Notes: generated by a model not told the origin, from the sequence alone. A stretch of 35,868 nt of DNA from Minisyncoccota bacterium (GCA_023653145.1 JAMNXM010000003.1:1-35868); one strand, 5' to 3'; shown: positions 18,253 to 27,799, counted from the first letter of the stretch. A program made the numbers and translations.

Positions 18253-20217
18253 ATGTATGGCGACCAACGCTCGCCCCAAAAAACTACTCGAATGAAAAAA
18301 CAAGACGATCCAAAGCAAAAGAAAGGCTGGATGCAAAACGGCATGCCACAGATGCCGCGCGACCAGTGGAGTTCTTTGACGACCACACTCGCCTTAGTGG
18401 TGCTTATTGCGCTTGCCTACTCATACTTCTGGAAGGACGACAAAGCGCCCGAGACGTTGTCCCTCTCAGCCCTTGTTACTGACATCCGCGAGGGTGAGGT
18501 ACAGCGCATCGACATAGCGGGCGACGAACTCACTGTCGTATACGCAGACGAGGTAACTAAGAATGGGAAGAAAGAGCCGGGCGCAGCGCTGACTGAGACG
18601 CTCTCAAGTTACGGCCTCACCGGACCAGAACTCGAGAAGGTGCAAATAGAGGTTAAAAACCAGTCCGGGTTCCGATATTGGTTCTTCTCGCTCGCGCCAC
18701 TCATTTTGCCGCTCATCCTTATCGTTGTGTTTATCTGGTTCTTGTCGAAGCAGATGCGCGCCGGTGGTGTGCAAGCCTTTACCTTTGGGCAGTCCAAGGC
18801 ACGTATGATAGACCCCAAGGACACTGCAACTCGTGTGACGTTCTCTGACGTTGCGGGCGCCAAAGAGGCAAAAGAAGAGTTGACTGAAATTGTCGACTTT
18901 TTGAAGAACCCAAAGAAATTCTTAGACATTGGTGCACGTATTCCTAAAGGCGTACTCCTCATGGGAGCACCAGGCACCGGGAAGACCTTGCTCGGGCGCG
19001 CGGTTGCGGGTGAGGCAGGTGTGCCGTTTTTCTCGATCTCGGGGTCCGAGTTCGTCGAGATGTTTGTCGGCGTTGGTGCAAGCCGCGTGCGCGACCTGTT
19101 TGATATGGCAAAGCGCGCCGCACCTGCAATAATCTTTGTCGACGAAATAGACGCCGTAGGACGTGTGCGCGGTACTGGTGTGGGCGGAGGGAACGACGAG
19201 CGAGAGCAAACACTCAACCAGATCCTCGTCGAGATGGATGGCTTTGAGCCGAACGAAAAGGTGATCGTTATGGCAGCGACTAACCGCCCGGACGTGTTGG
19301 ACCCAGCACTCCTGCGCCCTGGCCGCTTTGATCGCCGCGTGACTATCGACCTTCCTGACCGCGATGACCGCGAGCAGATACTCAAGGTTCATGCACGCAA
19401 GAAGCCTTTGGCCGAAGACGTGGTCTTGCGCGTTATTGCAGAGCGCACCCCTGGCTTTTCTGGTGCAGAACTCTACTCATTGATGAACGAAGCAGCCATA
19501 CTTGCTGCGCGTGAGAATCGCAAGAAGGTTGGACAGTTTGACCTTATCCGTTCGATAGAAAAAGTGATGCTCGGTCCGGAGCGCAAGTCTCATGTGTTGA
19601 ACAAGAAAGAGAAAGAAATCACTGCGTACCACGAAGCAGGGCACGCCTTGGTGTCGTCGATCCTTCCGTTTGCTGACCCAGTACACAAGATTTCGATCAT
19701 CAGCCGAGGCCGCGCCGCAGGGTACACGCTCAAGTTGCCGTTTGAGGACAGCAAAATGCAGTCAAAGAACGAGTTCCTCGACGACATTGCCGTGTCGCTC
19801 GGCGGCTACGTTGCAGAGAAGGAAGTGTTCGGTGACCTCACGACCGGTCCATCGAACGACTTGCAGGTGTTGACCGCGCTCGCGCGCGACATGGTGACGC
19901 GCTTTGGTATGTCTGACGTCATGGGCCCTATGGCGCTTGAGGGCGAGGGTGGACGCACACTCTTTGGTCGCGGCGTGTCTGACAAAGAGTATTCTGAAAC
20001 CGTCTCCGCGCAGATAGATGCAGAGGTGAAGCGCATCATCGATGAGGCATACACCAAGGCGCATCGCATTATTACCGATAAGCGCTCAGTCCTTGATGCT
20101 ATTGCACAGAAACTGATTGAAGTAGAGACTATTGAACGCGAGGACTTTGAGAAGGTCTTGATCGCAAACGGCGTTACCCCTAAGGCTAAGAAAGATATCG
20201 AACACGCAGTGGTATAG
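18253..20217 (+). CDS. ftsH: ATP-dependent zinc metalloprotease FtsH (start may be 18292)
   Basis: Two TMs, [37 protein letters not shown]. Confidence 0.97.
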   Translation: MYGDQRSPQKTTRMKKQDDPKQKKGWMQNGMPQMPRDQWSSLTTTLALVVLIALAYSYFWKDDKAPETLSLSALVTDIREGEVQRIDIAGDELTVVYADEVTKNGKKEPGAALTETLSSYGLTGPELEKVQIEVKNQSGFRYWFFSLAPLILPLILIVVFIWFLSKQMRAGGVQAFTFGQSKARMIDPKDTATRVTFSDVAGAKEAKEELTEIVDFLKNPKKFLDIGARIPKGVLLMGAPGTGKTLLGRAVAGEAGVPFFSISGSEFVEMFVGVGASRVRDLFDMAKRAAPAIIFVDEIDAVGRVRGTGVGGGNDEREQTLNQILVEMDGFEPNEKVIVMAATNRPDVLDPALLRPGRFDRRVTIDLPDRDDREQILKVHARKKPLAEDVVLRVIAERTPGFSGAELYSLMNEAAILAARENRKKVGQFDLIRSIEKVMLGPERKSHVLNKKEKEITAYHEAGHALVSSILPFADPVHKISIISRGRAAGYTLKLPFEDSKMQSKNEFLDDIAVSLGGYVAEKEVFGDLTTGPSNDLQVLTALARDMVTRFGMSDVMGPMALEGEGGRTLFGRGVSDKEYSETVSAQIDAEVKRIIDEAYTKAHRIITDKRSVLDAIAQKLIEVETIEREDFEKVLIANGVTPKAKKDIEHAVV

Positions 20218-20286
20218 GGGGCGGGCAACCATCTATGCGAGCCGTTCGGCACGATGTATAGTTGAACAGTCGAACGTTCGACGTCC

Positions 20287-20360
20287 GCGCCTGTAGCTCA
20301 GTTGGTTAGAGCACGGAGCTTATACCTCCGCGGTCCTTGGTTCGAGTCCAAGCAGGCGCA
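20287..20360 (+). tRNA. tRNA-Ile(UAU)
   Basis: Cloverleaf GCGCCTG/CAGGCGC, anticodon arm CGGAG-CT TAT AC-CTCCG, T-loop TTCGAGT, A73; CCA not encoded. Confidence 0.9.
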
Positions 20361-20541
20361 CACAGTACACACACATCCCGCCTGCGCGGGATTTTGTGAC
20401 TGTGTGCGAGCCGGAGCCATGTTTTACGTCTCGTAAAACCGCGAGGCGGGGCCTGCGTGCACACGTGAACGTAGGTGAGCGTGTGACATGTGGGCCACTA
20501 GAACTAATCCCGAATCGCGGGCGAGTCCAACCAGGCGCACA
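20343..20541 (+). mobile_element. T-loop-inserted structured element plus duplicated tRNA-Ile 3' end (20522-20541)
   Basis: CGAGTCCAA(G/C)CAGGCGCACA repeat; core CCGGAGC, GAGGCGGGGCC, GAACGTAGGTGAGC and terminal TCGCGGG. Confidence 0.7.
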
Positions 20542-20547
20542 CTTTTA

Positions 20548-21126
20548 CTACGTAACCGTTGGCAACTCGCGCGGAATGTCGAGGTACACCTCACCACGGC
20601 GCAGTGTCTTGCGCTCCACCACCTCGCGCCCCTCGGCGTCCGTGTAGGTGACTTCAACCACGTCTTCACTTACACGTTCTTTGGCATCCGCTAGGTCTGT
20701 GCCAGTTGCAGTGCGCTCGGTCTGTATCTCAGTTGCGAGTGCTCGCAGTTCTTCTTCTCGACCCCAGAGGAGTGCTTGCGCATTCGCAACCGCTACGTCT
20801 GGGCTGTAGCCTCGGGCAGCAATCTGCCATAAGTCGTGCGACGTACCGTCGCATCCCATCGCCTCAGCGGCTGCCGCCATAGTAGGGTGGAAGTCGCCAG
20901 TCAAAGTGTATCCGCCGTAGCCTGGACCCGGGACGTCGGACGCCTCTATGAGATCCATGCCTAAGAGTAGAGCAGCGAGCGCGTGGCATGCCTCGTGATA
21001 GGCCGTACTGCCTATGGCGTGCTCTACCACGGCGCCCTCGACACGCGCTACCGACACACTCATGCCCCCGACAGTACGTACCGCCTCAGCCTCATTGAGC
21101 CCTAGGTGTACCCGCTCAAAGCCCAT
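20548..21126 (-). CDS. Stand-alone HExxH metalloprotease-like protein (peptidase M41-like)
   Basis: STAYHEACHALAA, GYGGYT, G...DL motifs. Confidence 0.6.
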   Translation of the reverse strand: MGFERVHLGLNEAEAVRTVGGMSVSVARVEGAVVEHAIGSTAYHEACHALAALLLGMDLIEASDVPGPGYGGYTLTGDFHPTMAAAAEAMGCDGTSHDLWQIAARGYSPDVAVANAQALLWGREEELRALATEIQTERTATGTDLADAKERVSEDVVEVTYTDAEGREVVERKTLRRGEVYLDIPRELPTVT

Positions 21127-21175
21127 TAGAAAACTTACTGATGGAATACCACTCTGGTTCCTATATGCGGCGTTA

Positions 21176-21204
21176 TTGACAAATTATTTATAATATGCTA
21201 TTAT
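21176..21204 (+). promoter_or_regulatory. Sigma70 promoter (leaderless)
   Basis: TTGACA-17 nt-TATTAT with extended TG, 6 nt before ATG 21211. Confidence 0.75.
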
Positions 21205-21210
21205 ACAAAT

Positions 21211-21474
21211 ATGATTACAGCAGACAAAATATTAAATGTGTCTGAGGGTTTGTTTATTCTTTCAGCTAGTTCTATGTGTCTCGGTTTGATGGGCTGCTTC
21301 TTGCTTGATGAGATTGGTTACGATGTGATTGAGGGTGAGCTTGGGAGTCCAGAGTACTCTAATGAGCGTCTCGCTCTTATTGGCACAATGAGTCTCGCAG
21401 GTCTTATCGGTATGGTAGTTGGTGGCAAAATGCTTGCTGCTAACGTGTTCAACAGCAACCAAACTGCCCACTAG
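21211..21474 (+). CDS. Hypothetical 2-TM protein
   Basis: 87 aa with two hydrophobic segments and its own promoter. Confidence 0.6.
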   Translation: MITADKILNVSEGLFILSASSMCLGLMGCFLLDEIGYDVIEGELGSPEYSNERLALIGTMSLAGLIGMVVGGKMLAANVFNSNQTAH

Positions 21475-21485
21475 TTTAATTACTG

Positions 21486-23621
21486 TTACTCAAAATGCAG
21501 GTCCTTCAATTTCAGAAGGGCCTGTTTTTTTAGTCCGGGATGCGCAGTGAGCCCTGGGTCTTTCTGCGCTAGGGCAAACGCTTCGCTGCGCGCCGCTTCA
21601 ACAAGTTTGACGTTCGCGAGCGCCTCCATGCCAATGTCTGAAAGTCCCGACTGCTGCCTGCCGTACAACTCGCCTGCGCCGCGGATCGCGAGGTCTGCCT
21701 CGGCAAGTTCGAACCCATTTTTTGCTTTGAGTATTGCCTTGAGGCGTGCGTTGTCTTGAGACGCAGCCTTGTCTACCATCAAGAAGCAGTACGGCTGGTG
21801 TGACGAGCGCATTACGCGGCCGCGCAACTGATGGAGTTGCGCCAACCCAAAGCGCTCTGCACCCTCGATCAAAATACTCGTTGCGTTCGGGACATTAACG
21901 CCCACCTCAACAACACTGGTTGCAACGAGTATGTGTGTTTCGTTCTGCTCAAAGCGTCGCATGGTTGCCTCTTTCTCTGCAGGTGACATCTTGCTGTGGA
22001 GTTTGTCTATGACCAGGCTAGGGAAGACCTTTTGGAGATTTTTAATTTCGGTCGCCACCGAGCGTGTTTGGAGTGCGAGTTGCTTGGTTGGGTCAGGCTC
22101 GTCGATACGTGGACAGATAACGTACGCTTGGCGCCCTTCAGCAATGAGGCGACGGATAGTGTCGTACGCGCGTACTCGCTCTTTGGGCCCCGCAATTTCA
22201 GTCTTTATTTCTTTGCGTCCTGCTGGCAACTCGTCGAGTACGGTCAGGTCGAGGTCACCGTAGAGCGTAAGTGCAAGTGTGCGCGGTATGGGCGTTGCAG
22301 TCATCGACAAGAGATGCGGCGTCGTCCCGTCTTTGAGCGTGAGTGCCTGACGTTGGAAGGTTCCGAACCGATGTTGCTCGTCAATGATCACGTACGCGAG
22401 GTGCTTAAACTGCACTGCCTTTTGTATCAGCGCATGTGTGCCGATGAGTATTGGCACTTCGCCGTTTGCAACCCACTTCAAGAGTTGAGTGCGCGATATG
22501 TCGGTAGCGCCGTCTGGATTCACTTTGGACGGGTACTTGTAGCACCCACTTGAGGTGATGAGTCCGACCTGCACGGGGTAGTTCTTAAAGTATGACGTAA
22601 ATGTCGCAAAGTGCTGCTTGGCAAGTATCTCAGTTGGGCACATGTAGGCAACTTGGAGATTGCCAAAGGTTTTGCCTGGTATGGGCCGCGAGGTAACGAC
22701 AGCGTACGCGGTCGCTGCAGCGACCGCGGTCTTGCCGCTCCCGACGTCGCCCTCTAAGAGACGTGCCATCGGGTACGGCTCCAGAAAGTTTGCCAAGATA
22801 TCCGCAATCGCTTTTTTCTGCCCGGCCGTTGGGGTAAAGGGGAAGGTCGAGACAAAGTCGGCAACGCGCCGCTCGTCAGCGTCGACAGGGAGCGCGTGTC
22901 GCGTCTTGTTGGTCTCACGCTCCAGGGCGCGTGCCAGTTGTATCAAAAATACTTCTTCAAACGCAAAGCGCTTGCGCGCCGCAGACGCATCCTTCTCACT
23001 CTTTGGTTGGTGTGCCCAGATCCATGCAGTTTTGATGTCCGGGAGGTGGTAGCGCTCGCGTATAGACTCGGGTAGTGGGTCATCAACGTTTTGTATGAGC
23101 GTCGGGTGCGCCTCAACAATGCGTTTGACTGCATGATAAAACCACAACGACGTGATGCCAGCGGACTCGGGGTAGACGGGCATGAGCCCAACGGAACTGT
23201 CGAGTATCGGGAGTCCTGCCGCCTTTTCAACCACTGGGTTTGCAATGTACTTCTTACCACTTCCTATCGAGAGTGTGCCGTGGAGGCGCACCAACTCGTT
23301 CAGGGGTACCATCTTGGCAAGATACGGCTGATGAAACCACATCACGCGCACGGACCCGGTGCCGTCATCAAACACACCTTCCGCCATAGGGACCTTGGTC
23401 TTCCACGAGCGCTTCATCTCGAGTTTCGTAAACTGGCCGTACAGGACCACGTCGCCCTTGGTATGGAGTTGCGCTACTTGCCGAACATCAGCGCCCGACT
23501 CGTAGCGGTGGGGGACGTGATAGAGGAGGTCGCGGATGGTCCTGAGTTTCAGCCGCTCGAGCGCTGCGCGCTGTACCTGGGTGAGGCGCACTAATTCGGC
23601 AATAGGTGAGTCGAGTTCCAC
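21486..23621 (-). CDS. recG: ATP-dependent DNA helicase RecG
   Basis: RLLEGDVGSGKT, IIDEQHRFG, MTATPIPRTL, AERFGLAQLHQLRGRV, GFELAEADL.IRG.GE. Confidence 0.97.
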   Translation of the reverse strand: MELDSPIAELVRLTQVQRAALERLKLRTIRDLLYHVPHRYESGADVRQVAQLHTKGDVVLYGQFTKLEMKRSWKTKVPMAEGVFDDGTGSVRVMWFHQPYLAKMVPLNELVRLHGTLSIGSGKKYIANPVVEKAAGLPILDSSVGLMPVYPESAGITSLWFYHAVKRIVEAHPTLIQNVDDPLPESIRERYHLPDIKTAWIWAHQPKSEKDASAARKRFAFEEVFLIQLARALERETNKTRHALPVDADERRVADFVSTFPFTPTAGQKKAIADILANFLEPYPMARLLEGDVGSGKTAVAAATAYAVVTSRPIPGKTFGNLQVAYMCPTEILAKQHFATFTSYFKNYPVQVGLITSSGCYKYPSKVNPDGATDISRTQLLKWVANGEVPILIGTHALIQKAVQFKHLAYVIIDEQHRFGTFQRQALTLKDGTTPHLLSMTATPIPRTLALTLYGDLDLTVLDELPAGRKEIKTEIAGPKERVRAYDTIRRLIAEGRQAYVICPRIDEPDPTKQLALQTRSVATEIKNLQKVFPSLVIDKLHSKMSPAEKEATMRRFEQNETHILVATSVVEVGVNVPNATSILIEGAERFGLAQLHQLRGRVMRSSHQPYCFLMVDKAASQDNARLKAILKAKNGFELAEADLAIRGAGELYGRQQSGLSDIGMEALANVKLVEAARSEAFALAQKDPGLTAHPGLKKQALLKLKDLHFE

Positions 23622-23679
23622 CCGATCAGTATAGCCGAGGCACCTGGCGCGCTCTACCGTAACCGCGTAGAATGAAGGT

Positions 23680-24387
23680 ATGGTAGCGAGTCCAGAATCT
23701 GGTCAGGAGCAGCCCAAAAGAGAAACTGAAATAGAGGTTCGTACTGTGTGTGCTGATAAAGCACAGTATGAGTCGATCATTACTACAGTAAAAAAAACGT
23801 CTGAGGTCATCAGACCCACATGCACCATTGTTGACGAGCGGTATGAGATTCCGGCATTACCTGACACGACGGTACGTATTCGTGGGTACTGCACTAACGG
23901 TGTCTGTAAGTACGAGTGGACGATAAAAACTAAAAATAAAGGTATTGTTGCAGATGATGCAGCGCCCGCAAAGGTGCGGAGTGAAGATGTGTCTGAGCAG
24001 TTTGATACTAAGGAGCAGGCGCTCCAAGCACTCAGTGCTCGGATTAAAGAACTCACACAGCAAGAACTGTCTGCCGAAGAGATTCTTGCGAAGAAAAGTT
24101 TTTCATGTACCCGCGAACGCACCGTGTATCGCGTGAACAACGAGGAGTGCGGCGGCTTGGTAGTATCTGCTGACGTTTTTACCAGCTGGGACGGTGTTGA
24201 GTATGACCCACCGCTCTATAGTTTGGAGTTTGAGGTCACTGTCCCAGAAGATGCAACCGATGAGCAAATCGCGAAAGCACGACAACGCGTCAACGAGTGT
24301 GCGGAGAAGTTAGGTGCTGAGGGCGTCACCGATAAGTCAGTGGTTAAAATCTTACGTTCAGAAACAGCGCGCCGAACGGGTGCGTGA
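23680..24387 (+). CDS. CYTH (triphosphate tunnel) domain protein
   Basis: EIEVR (ExExK-like), VRIR, WTIK, R.RTVYR, LEFEV. Confidence 0.65.
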   Translation: MVASPESGQEQPKRETEIEVRTVCADKAQYESIITTVKKTSEVIRPTCTIVDERYEIPALPDTTVRIRGYCTNGVCKYEWTIKTKNKGIVADDAAPAKVRSEDVSEQFDTKEQALQALSARIKELTQQELSAEEILAKKSFSCTRERTVYRVNNEECGGLVVSADVFTSWDGVEYDPPLYSLEFEVTVPEDATDEQIAKARQRVNECAEKLGAEGVTDKSVVKILRSETARRTGA

Positions 24388-24419
24388 TACGATAATTCTA
24401 TAGCACTAATAAAAAAATT

Positions 24420-24782
24420 ATGACCACAGCCGACGTCGCTCAAAAAGTTGTTGAGTACAACCGCGCTAATAAGATCAAAGAAGTATATGCAGAGTTCTAC
24501 TCACCTGACGTGGTGAGTGTCGAGGCGATGCCAGGACCTTTGCAAGAGGTGCGAGGCATGGACGGCATCCAAAAGAAAATGGAGTGGTGGGAGGCAAATA
24601 ACGAGATTCATGGCGTCGAGGTGTCTGAGCCACTCGTGTCAGACAGTCACTTTGCTGTTGTGTACACGATGGATGTCACCAACAAGGAGATGAATATGCG
24701 AACTAAAAGTGCGGAACTTGCAGTGTACGAAGTAAAGGACGGCAAGGTCGTCCGCGAGCAGTTCTTCTACTCGATGGGGTAG
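24420..24782 (+). CDS. SnoaL-like/NTF2 family protein
   Basis: FYSPDVVSVE, SEPLVSDSHFAV, ELAVYEVKDGKVVREQFFY. Confidence 0.85.
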   Translation: MTTADVAQKVVEYNRANKIKEVYAEFYSPDVVSVEAMPGPLQEVRGMDGIQKKMEWWEANNEIHGVEVSEPLVSDSHFAVVYTMDVTNKEMNMRTKSAELAVYEVKDGKVVREQFFYSMG

Positions 24783-24800
24783 GGTACGATATTCAAAACT

Positions 24801-24826
24801 AAAAAACCGGGTTCTGCCGGTTTTTT
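24801..24826. terminator. Bidirectional terminator
   Basis: AAAAAACCGG-GTTCTG-CCGGTTTTTT between the convergent SnoaL gene and tRNA. Confidence 0.8.
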
Positions 24827-24834
24827 GTTTGCTG

Positions 24835-24919
24835 CGGAGGGAGCGAGATTCGAACTCGCGGGCCGGTGAAGGCCGGCGGTTTAGTAAACCGCTGATTTAA
24901 ACCACTCATCCATCCCTCC
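24835..24919 (-). tRNA. tRNA-Ser(ACU)
   Basis: GGAGGGA/TCCCTCC, G73, long variable arm, anticodon arm GCGGT-TT ACT AA-ACCGC, T-loop TTCGAAT. Confidence 0.88.
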
Positions 24920-24981
24920 TCTATACGGGAGTGTACCGTATTTCATAGGTATTTACAGTATGTGCTATGGTTACTGCGTTA

Positions 24982-25066
24982 GGAGACGTGTCAGAGTGGT
25001 CGAATGTGCCCCCTTGCTAAGGGGGTAGGGCGCAAGCCCTCGTGGGTTCGAATCCCACCGTCTCCG
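24982..25066 (+). tRNA. tRNA-Ser(GCU)
   Basis: GGAGACG/CGTCTCC, G73, anticodon arm CCCCC-TT GCT AA-GGGGG, long variable arm. Confidence 0.93.
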
Positions 25067-25332
25067 CTACGACAAAAAAGAATAGCGACCAGCTATTCTT
25101 TTTTTGTTGTCGTGCGTGTAGGGATGGGATTCGAACGACGGAGCGAGCGCAGGCGAGTGAGTCGGTGCCCAGAGCAGTGTCAGCAGGCACTGACTCGCGG
25201 GCGAATCCCACCGTCTCCGCTGCAAAAAATAAGCCAGCATGTGCTGGTTTTATTTTTTGCCACGGTGGGATGAGAAGGGCGCGAGTGCGCGCAGCATCCA
25301 GGCTCCGAGTCGGAGCGAGGAGGAATCCCACC
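25049..25332 (+). mobile_element. Two tandem T-loop-inserted elements with duplicated tRNA-Ser 3' ends (25202-25221, 25323-25332)
   Basis: 20-nt exact repeat CGAATCCCACCGTCTCCGCT; antisense copies at 25125-25136 and 25262-25271; unit 1 ends TCGCGGG. Confidence 0.7.
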
Positions 25333-25389
25333 ACCTTTGTAATCAACGCGTCGTAGGTACGGCTTCCTAAAGTAACATACACTGTATAT

Positions 25390-25788
25390 ATGGAAGGATA
25401 TCTGCAGTACGCCGCATGGCTCAAACCTTCGTGGGCACCTCCCGCCTGGCTCTTTGGACCTGTGTGGTCGGTCTTGTACGCACTTATTGCGGTTTCGTTT
25501 GGATATGTGTTTTACCGTTACTTCATGGGGACTATACCTGCCGTAGTTGCACTCCCATTTGCACTCAACCTTATCTTTAACATCGCGTTTACTCCCATCC
25601 AGTTTGGGCTTGGGAGCCTGTGGCTTTCGTCAGTCGACATCTTGCTGGTATTCGCGACCTTGGCGTGGGCACTCTACGTTATCTATCCATACGCGCCCTG
25701 GGTGACATACATCAATCTTCCGTACCTCCTCTGGGTCGCGTTTGCTACTGTGCTCCAACTTACTATCTTTGCACTCAACTCGTTCTAA
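25390..25788 (+). CDS. tspO: TspO/MBR tryptophan-rich sensory protein
   Basis: YAAWLKPSWAPPAWLFGPVWSVLY, LPYLLWVAFATVL. Confidence 0.9.
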   Translation: MEGYLQYAAWLKPSWAPPAWLFGPVWSVLYALIAVSFGYVFYRYFMGTIPAVVALPFALNLIFNIAFTPIQFGLGSLWLSSVDILLVFATLAWALYVIYPYAPWVTYINLPYLLWVAFATVLQLTIFALNSF

Positions 25789-25799
25789 GTTCTACCACT

Positions 25800-26222
25800 A
25801 TGGCACTGAAGACTCTTCCGACTAAAACCTCAGCACGGACATTGATTACTGCGCTCCCAGACCAAAAGCGCGCCGACGCACTCCTGCTCCTCAAGATTTT
25901 TACTGACGCAACAGGTATGAAGCCGGTAGTGTGGGGGACAAGCATCATTGGGTTTGGAAAGTACCACTATGAGTCACAGCGCTCCGCACAGAAAGGGGAC
26001 TGGCCGCTGGTCGCATTTGCATCACGCGCGACAGGCTTCACCATCTACATCATGCCGGGGTTCGGTGAGTACAAAGCACTACTCGCAAAACTTGGTCCGC
26101 ACAAAATCAGTGGCGGTTCATGTCTCTACATTAAACGCCTTGCTGGTGTGCACGTCCCAACACTCACGACGCTGATCAAGAGGTCAACAAAAGAGATGCA
26201 AAAGAAGTACGGTGCAGCATAG
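25800..26222 (+). CDS. DUF1801 (YdhG-like) protein
   Basis: PVVWGTSIIGFGKYHY, WPLVAFA.R, LGPHK..GSCLYIKRL. Confidence 0.85.
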   Translation: MALKTLPTKTSARTLITALPDQKRADALLLLKIFTDATGMKPVVWGTSIIGFGKYHYESQRSAQKGDWPLVAFASRATGFTIYIMPGFGEYKALLAKLGPHKISGGSCLYIKRLAGVHVPTLTTLIKRSTKEMQKKYGAA

Positions 26223-26241
26223 TCCTTGGTATGATAGAAGT

Positions 26242-27798
26242 ATGAAGAAGCTCTGGAAACACATTGTTGAACAGCAGGCACTCCTACTCATCCTAGTGGT
26301 TGCAGTTGCTGTTGGCGGATACTGGTACCTCTCGCGCGACATCAATGGTGCAGAAGAACTCTTGTCAGTCACCCCCGCTCCGTTCCTCCAAGAAGTGTCA
26401 CTCTCCGGCAAAGTTGAGGCGCAAAAAGATGTTGACCTCGGGTTTGCGGCAGGTGGCCGCGTTCAGTACGTGACGGTCAAAGTGGGCGACGTCGTCCAAG
26501 CGGGCCAGACGCTCGCAGAGGTAGAAAACGGTGACATCGTTGCGCTCGTCGAGCAGCGCCGTGCCGTACTCCGTGTTGCCGAGGCAGAACTTGCCGCACT
26601 CAAAGTTGGGACTCGCCCCGAGCAGGTTGCAGTGTCTGAGGCAGACGTTGTTGCAAAGCGCGTTCAACTTGAGCAGTCAGTGTCCGCGCTTGTGAACGCA
26701 ATTAAAGACGCATACACCGAGGCAGACGACGCGGTACGCACGCAGACTGACCAGTTCTTCTCAAACCCTACGAGCAACAGTCCGCAACTCACGTTTACCG
26801 TTGCAAGTTCTCAGACCGAAGCGTCTGTAGAGAATGGTCGCCGCGACATGGAAGGCATGCTTGCTGCGTGGGCAGGGGACGTTGCGGGACTCTCGACATC
26901 AGGCGATGTGGACGCTGCGCTCCTTAAGGCAAAGACCAACCTTGCGACAGTTGCATCATTTTTGTTCAAGACTAACCTTGCGATTACGCAGGGAGGGGCA
27001 ACGGGAGCGGTAACTCAGGCGGACCTTAACTCGTTTGCGGCGGGCGTCAGTGTTGCACGCTCTGCAATAAACAATGCCATAACAGTGCTCACGAGTGCAG
27101 AAACCGCGCGCGCAAACGCAACCACCGCACTCGTGTCCGCTCAGTCGTCACTTGCACTCGCACGCGCAGGCGCAACGCAAGAAGACATAACCGCGCAAGA
27201 GGCACGTGTCGCGTCTGCGCGCGCTGCAGTATCGGACGCAACCGCACAACTTCAAAAAACACGCATTACTGCACCATTTACCGGCACCGTCACGACGGTT
27301 GATGCTAAAGCGGGTGAGGTCGCATCGGCCAACACCCCGGTCCTATCGCTCATCAGTGCATCAGACGTGTTGATTGAGAGTTATGTCCCGGAGATTAACT
27401 TTGCGATTCTTGCGCTTGGTGACAAGGCGCGTGTAACCTTGGACGCATACAGTGAAGAGACGGTCTTTGCGGCAACACTCACCGCCATCGACCCAGCCGA
27501 GACGGTGCGAGACGGGGTTTCGACATACCGCGTACTCCTGTCGTTTGATCAGAAAGATCCACGTATCCGCGCAGGTATGACTGCAAACGTGATTATTGTG
27601 ACTGACGAGCGCCCGGGCATTATTGCAATTCCACAGCGCATCGTCCGATCCAAAGATGGCGTAAAGGTAGTAACCGTAAAAGTTGGTGACACATATGTTG
27701 ACCGTCAGGTAGTAACTGGAGTAGTATCATCGTCTGGGTCTGTTGAGGTAGTGTCAGGACTCCAGGCAGGGGACACTGTGGTTGTGGTACCAAAGTAA
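26242..27798 (+). CDS. Efflux periplasmic adaptor (HlyD/MacA-like membrane fusion protein) with long coiled coil
   Basis: N-terminal TM, VKVGDVVQAGQ.LA lipoyl half-motif, ITAPFTGTV, RAGMTANV, VVSGLQAGD. Confidence 0.9.
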   Translation: MKKLWKHIVEQQALLLILVVAVAVGGYWYLSRDINGAEELLSVTPAPFLQEVSLSGKVEAQKDVDLGFAAGGRVQYVTVKVGDVVQAGQTLAEVENGDIVALVEQRRAVLRVAEAELAALKVGTRPEQVAVSEADVVAKRVQLEQSVSALVNAIKDAYTEADDAVRTQTDQFFSNPTSNSPQLTFTVASSQTEASVENGRRDMEGMLAAWAGDVAGLSTSGDVDAALLKAKTNLATVASFLFKTNLAITQGGATGAVTQADLNSFAAGVSVARSAINNAITVLTSAETARANATTALVSAQSSLALARAGATQEDITAQEARVASARAAVSDATAQLQKTRITAPFTGTVTTVDAKAGEVASANTPVLSLISASDVLIESYVPEINFAILALGDKARVTLDAYSEETVFAATLTAIDPAETVRDGVSTYRVLLSFDQKDPRIRAGMTANVIIVTDERPGIIAIPQRIVRSKDGVKVVTVKVGDTYVDRQVVTGVVSSSGSVEVVSGLQAGDTVVVVPK

Positions 27799-27799
27799 T

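Noticed and set aside
18609-19392. Long antisense ORFs inside ftsH (and likewise in secY, rpsE, recG and the SDR)
   Set aside because: Typical antisense shadows of GC-biased coding sequence, with no independent motifs.
25004-25424. ORFs overlapping tRNA-Ser and its repeats (also 15705-16521 over tmRNA and 20396-20694)
   Set aside because: Shadow ORFs across structured RNA and repeat sequence, with no protein motifs.
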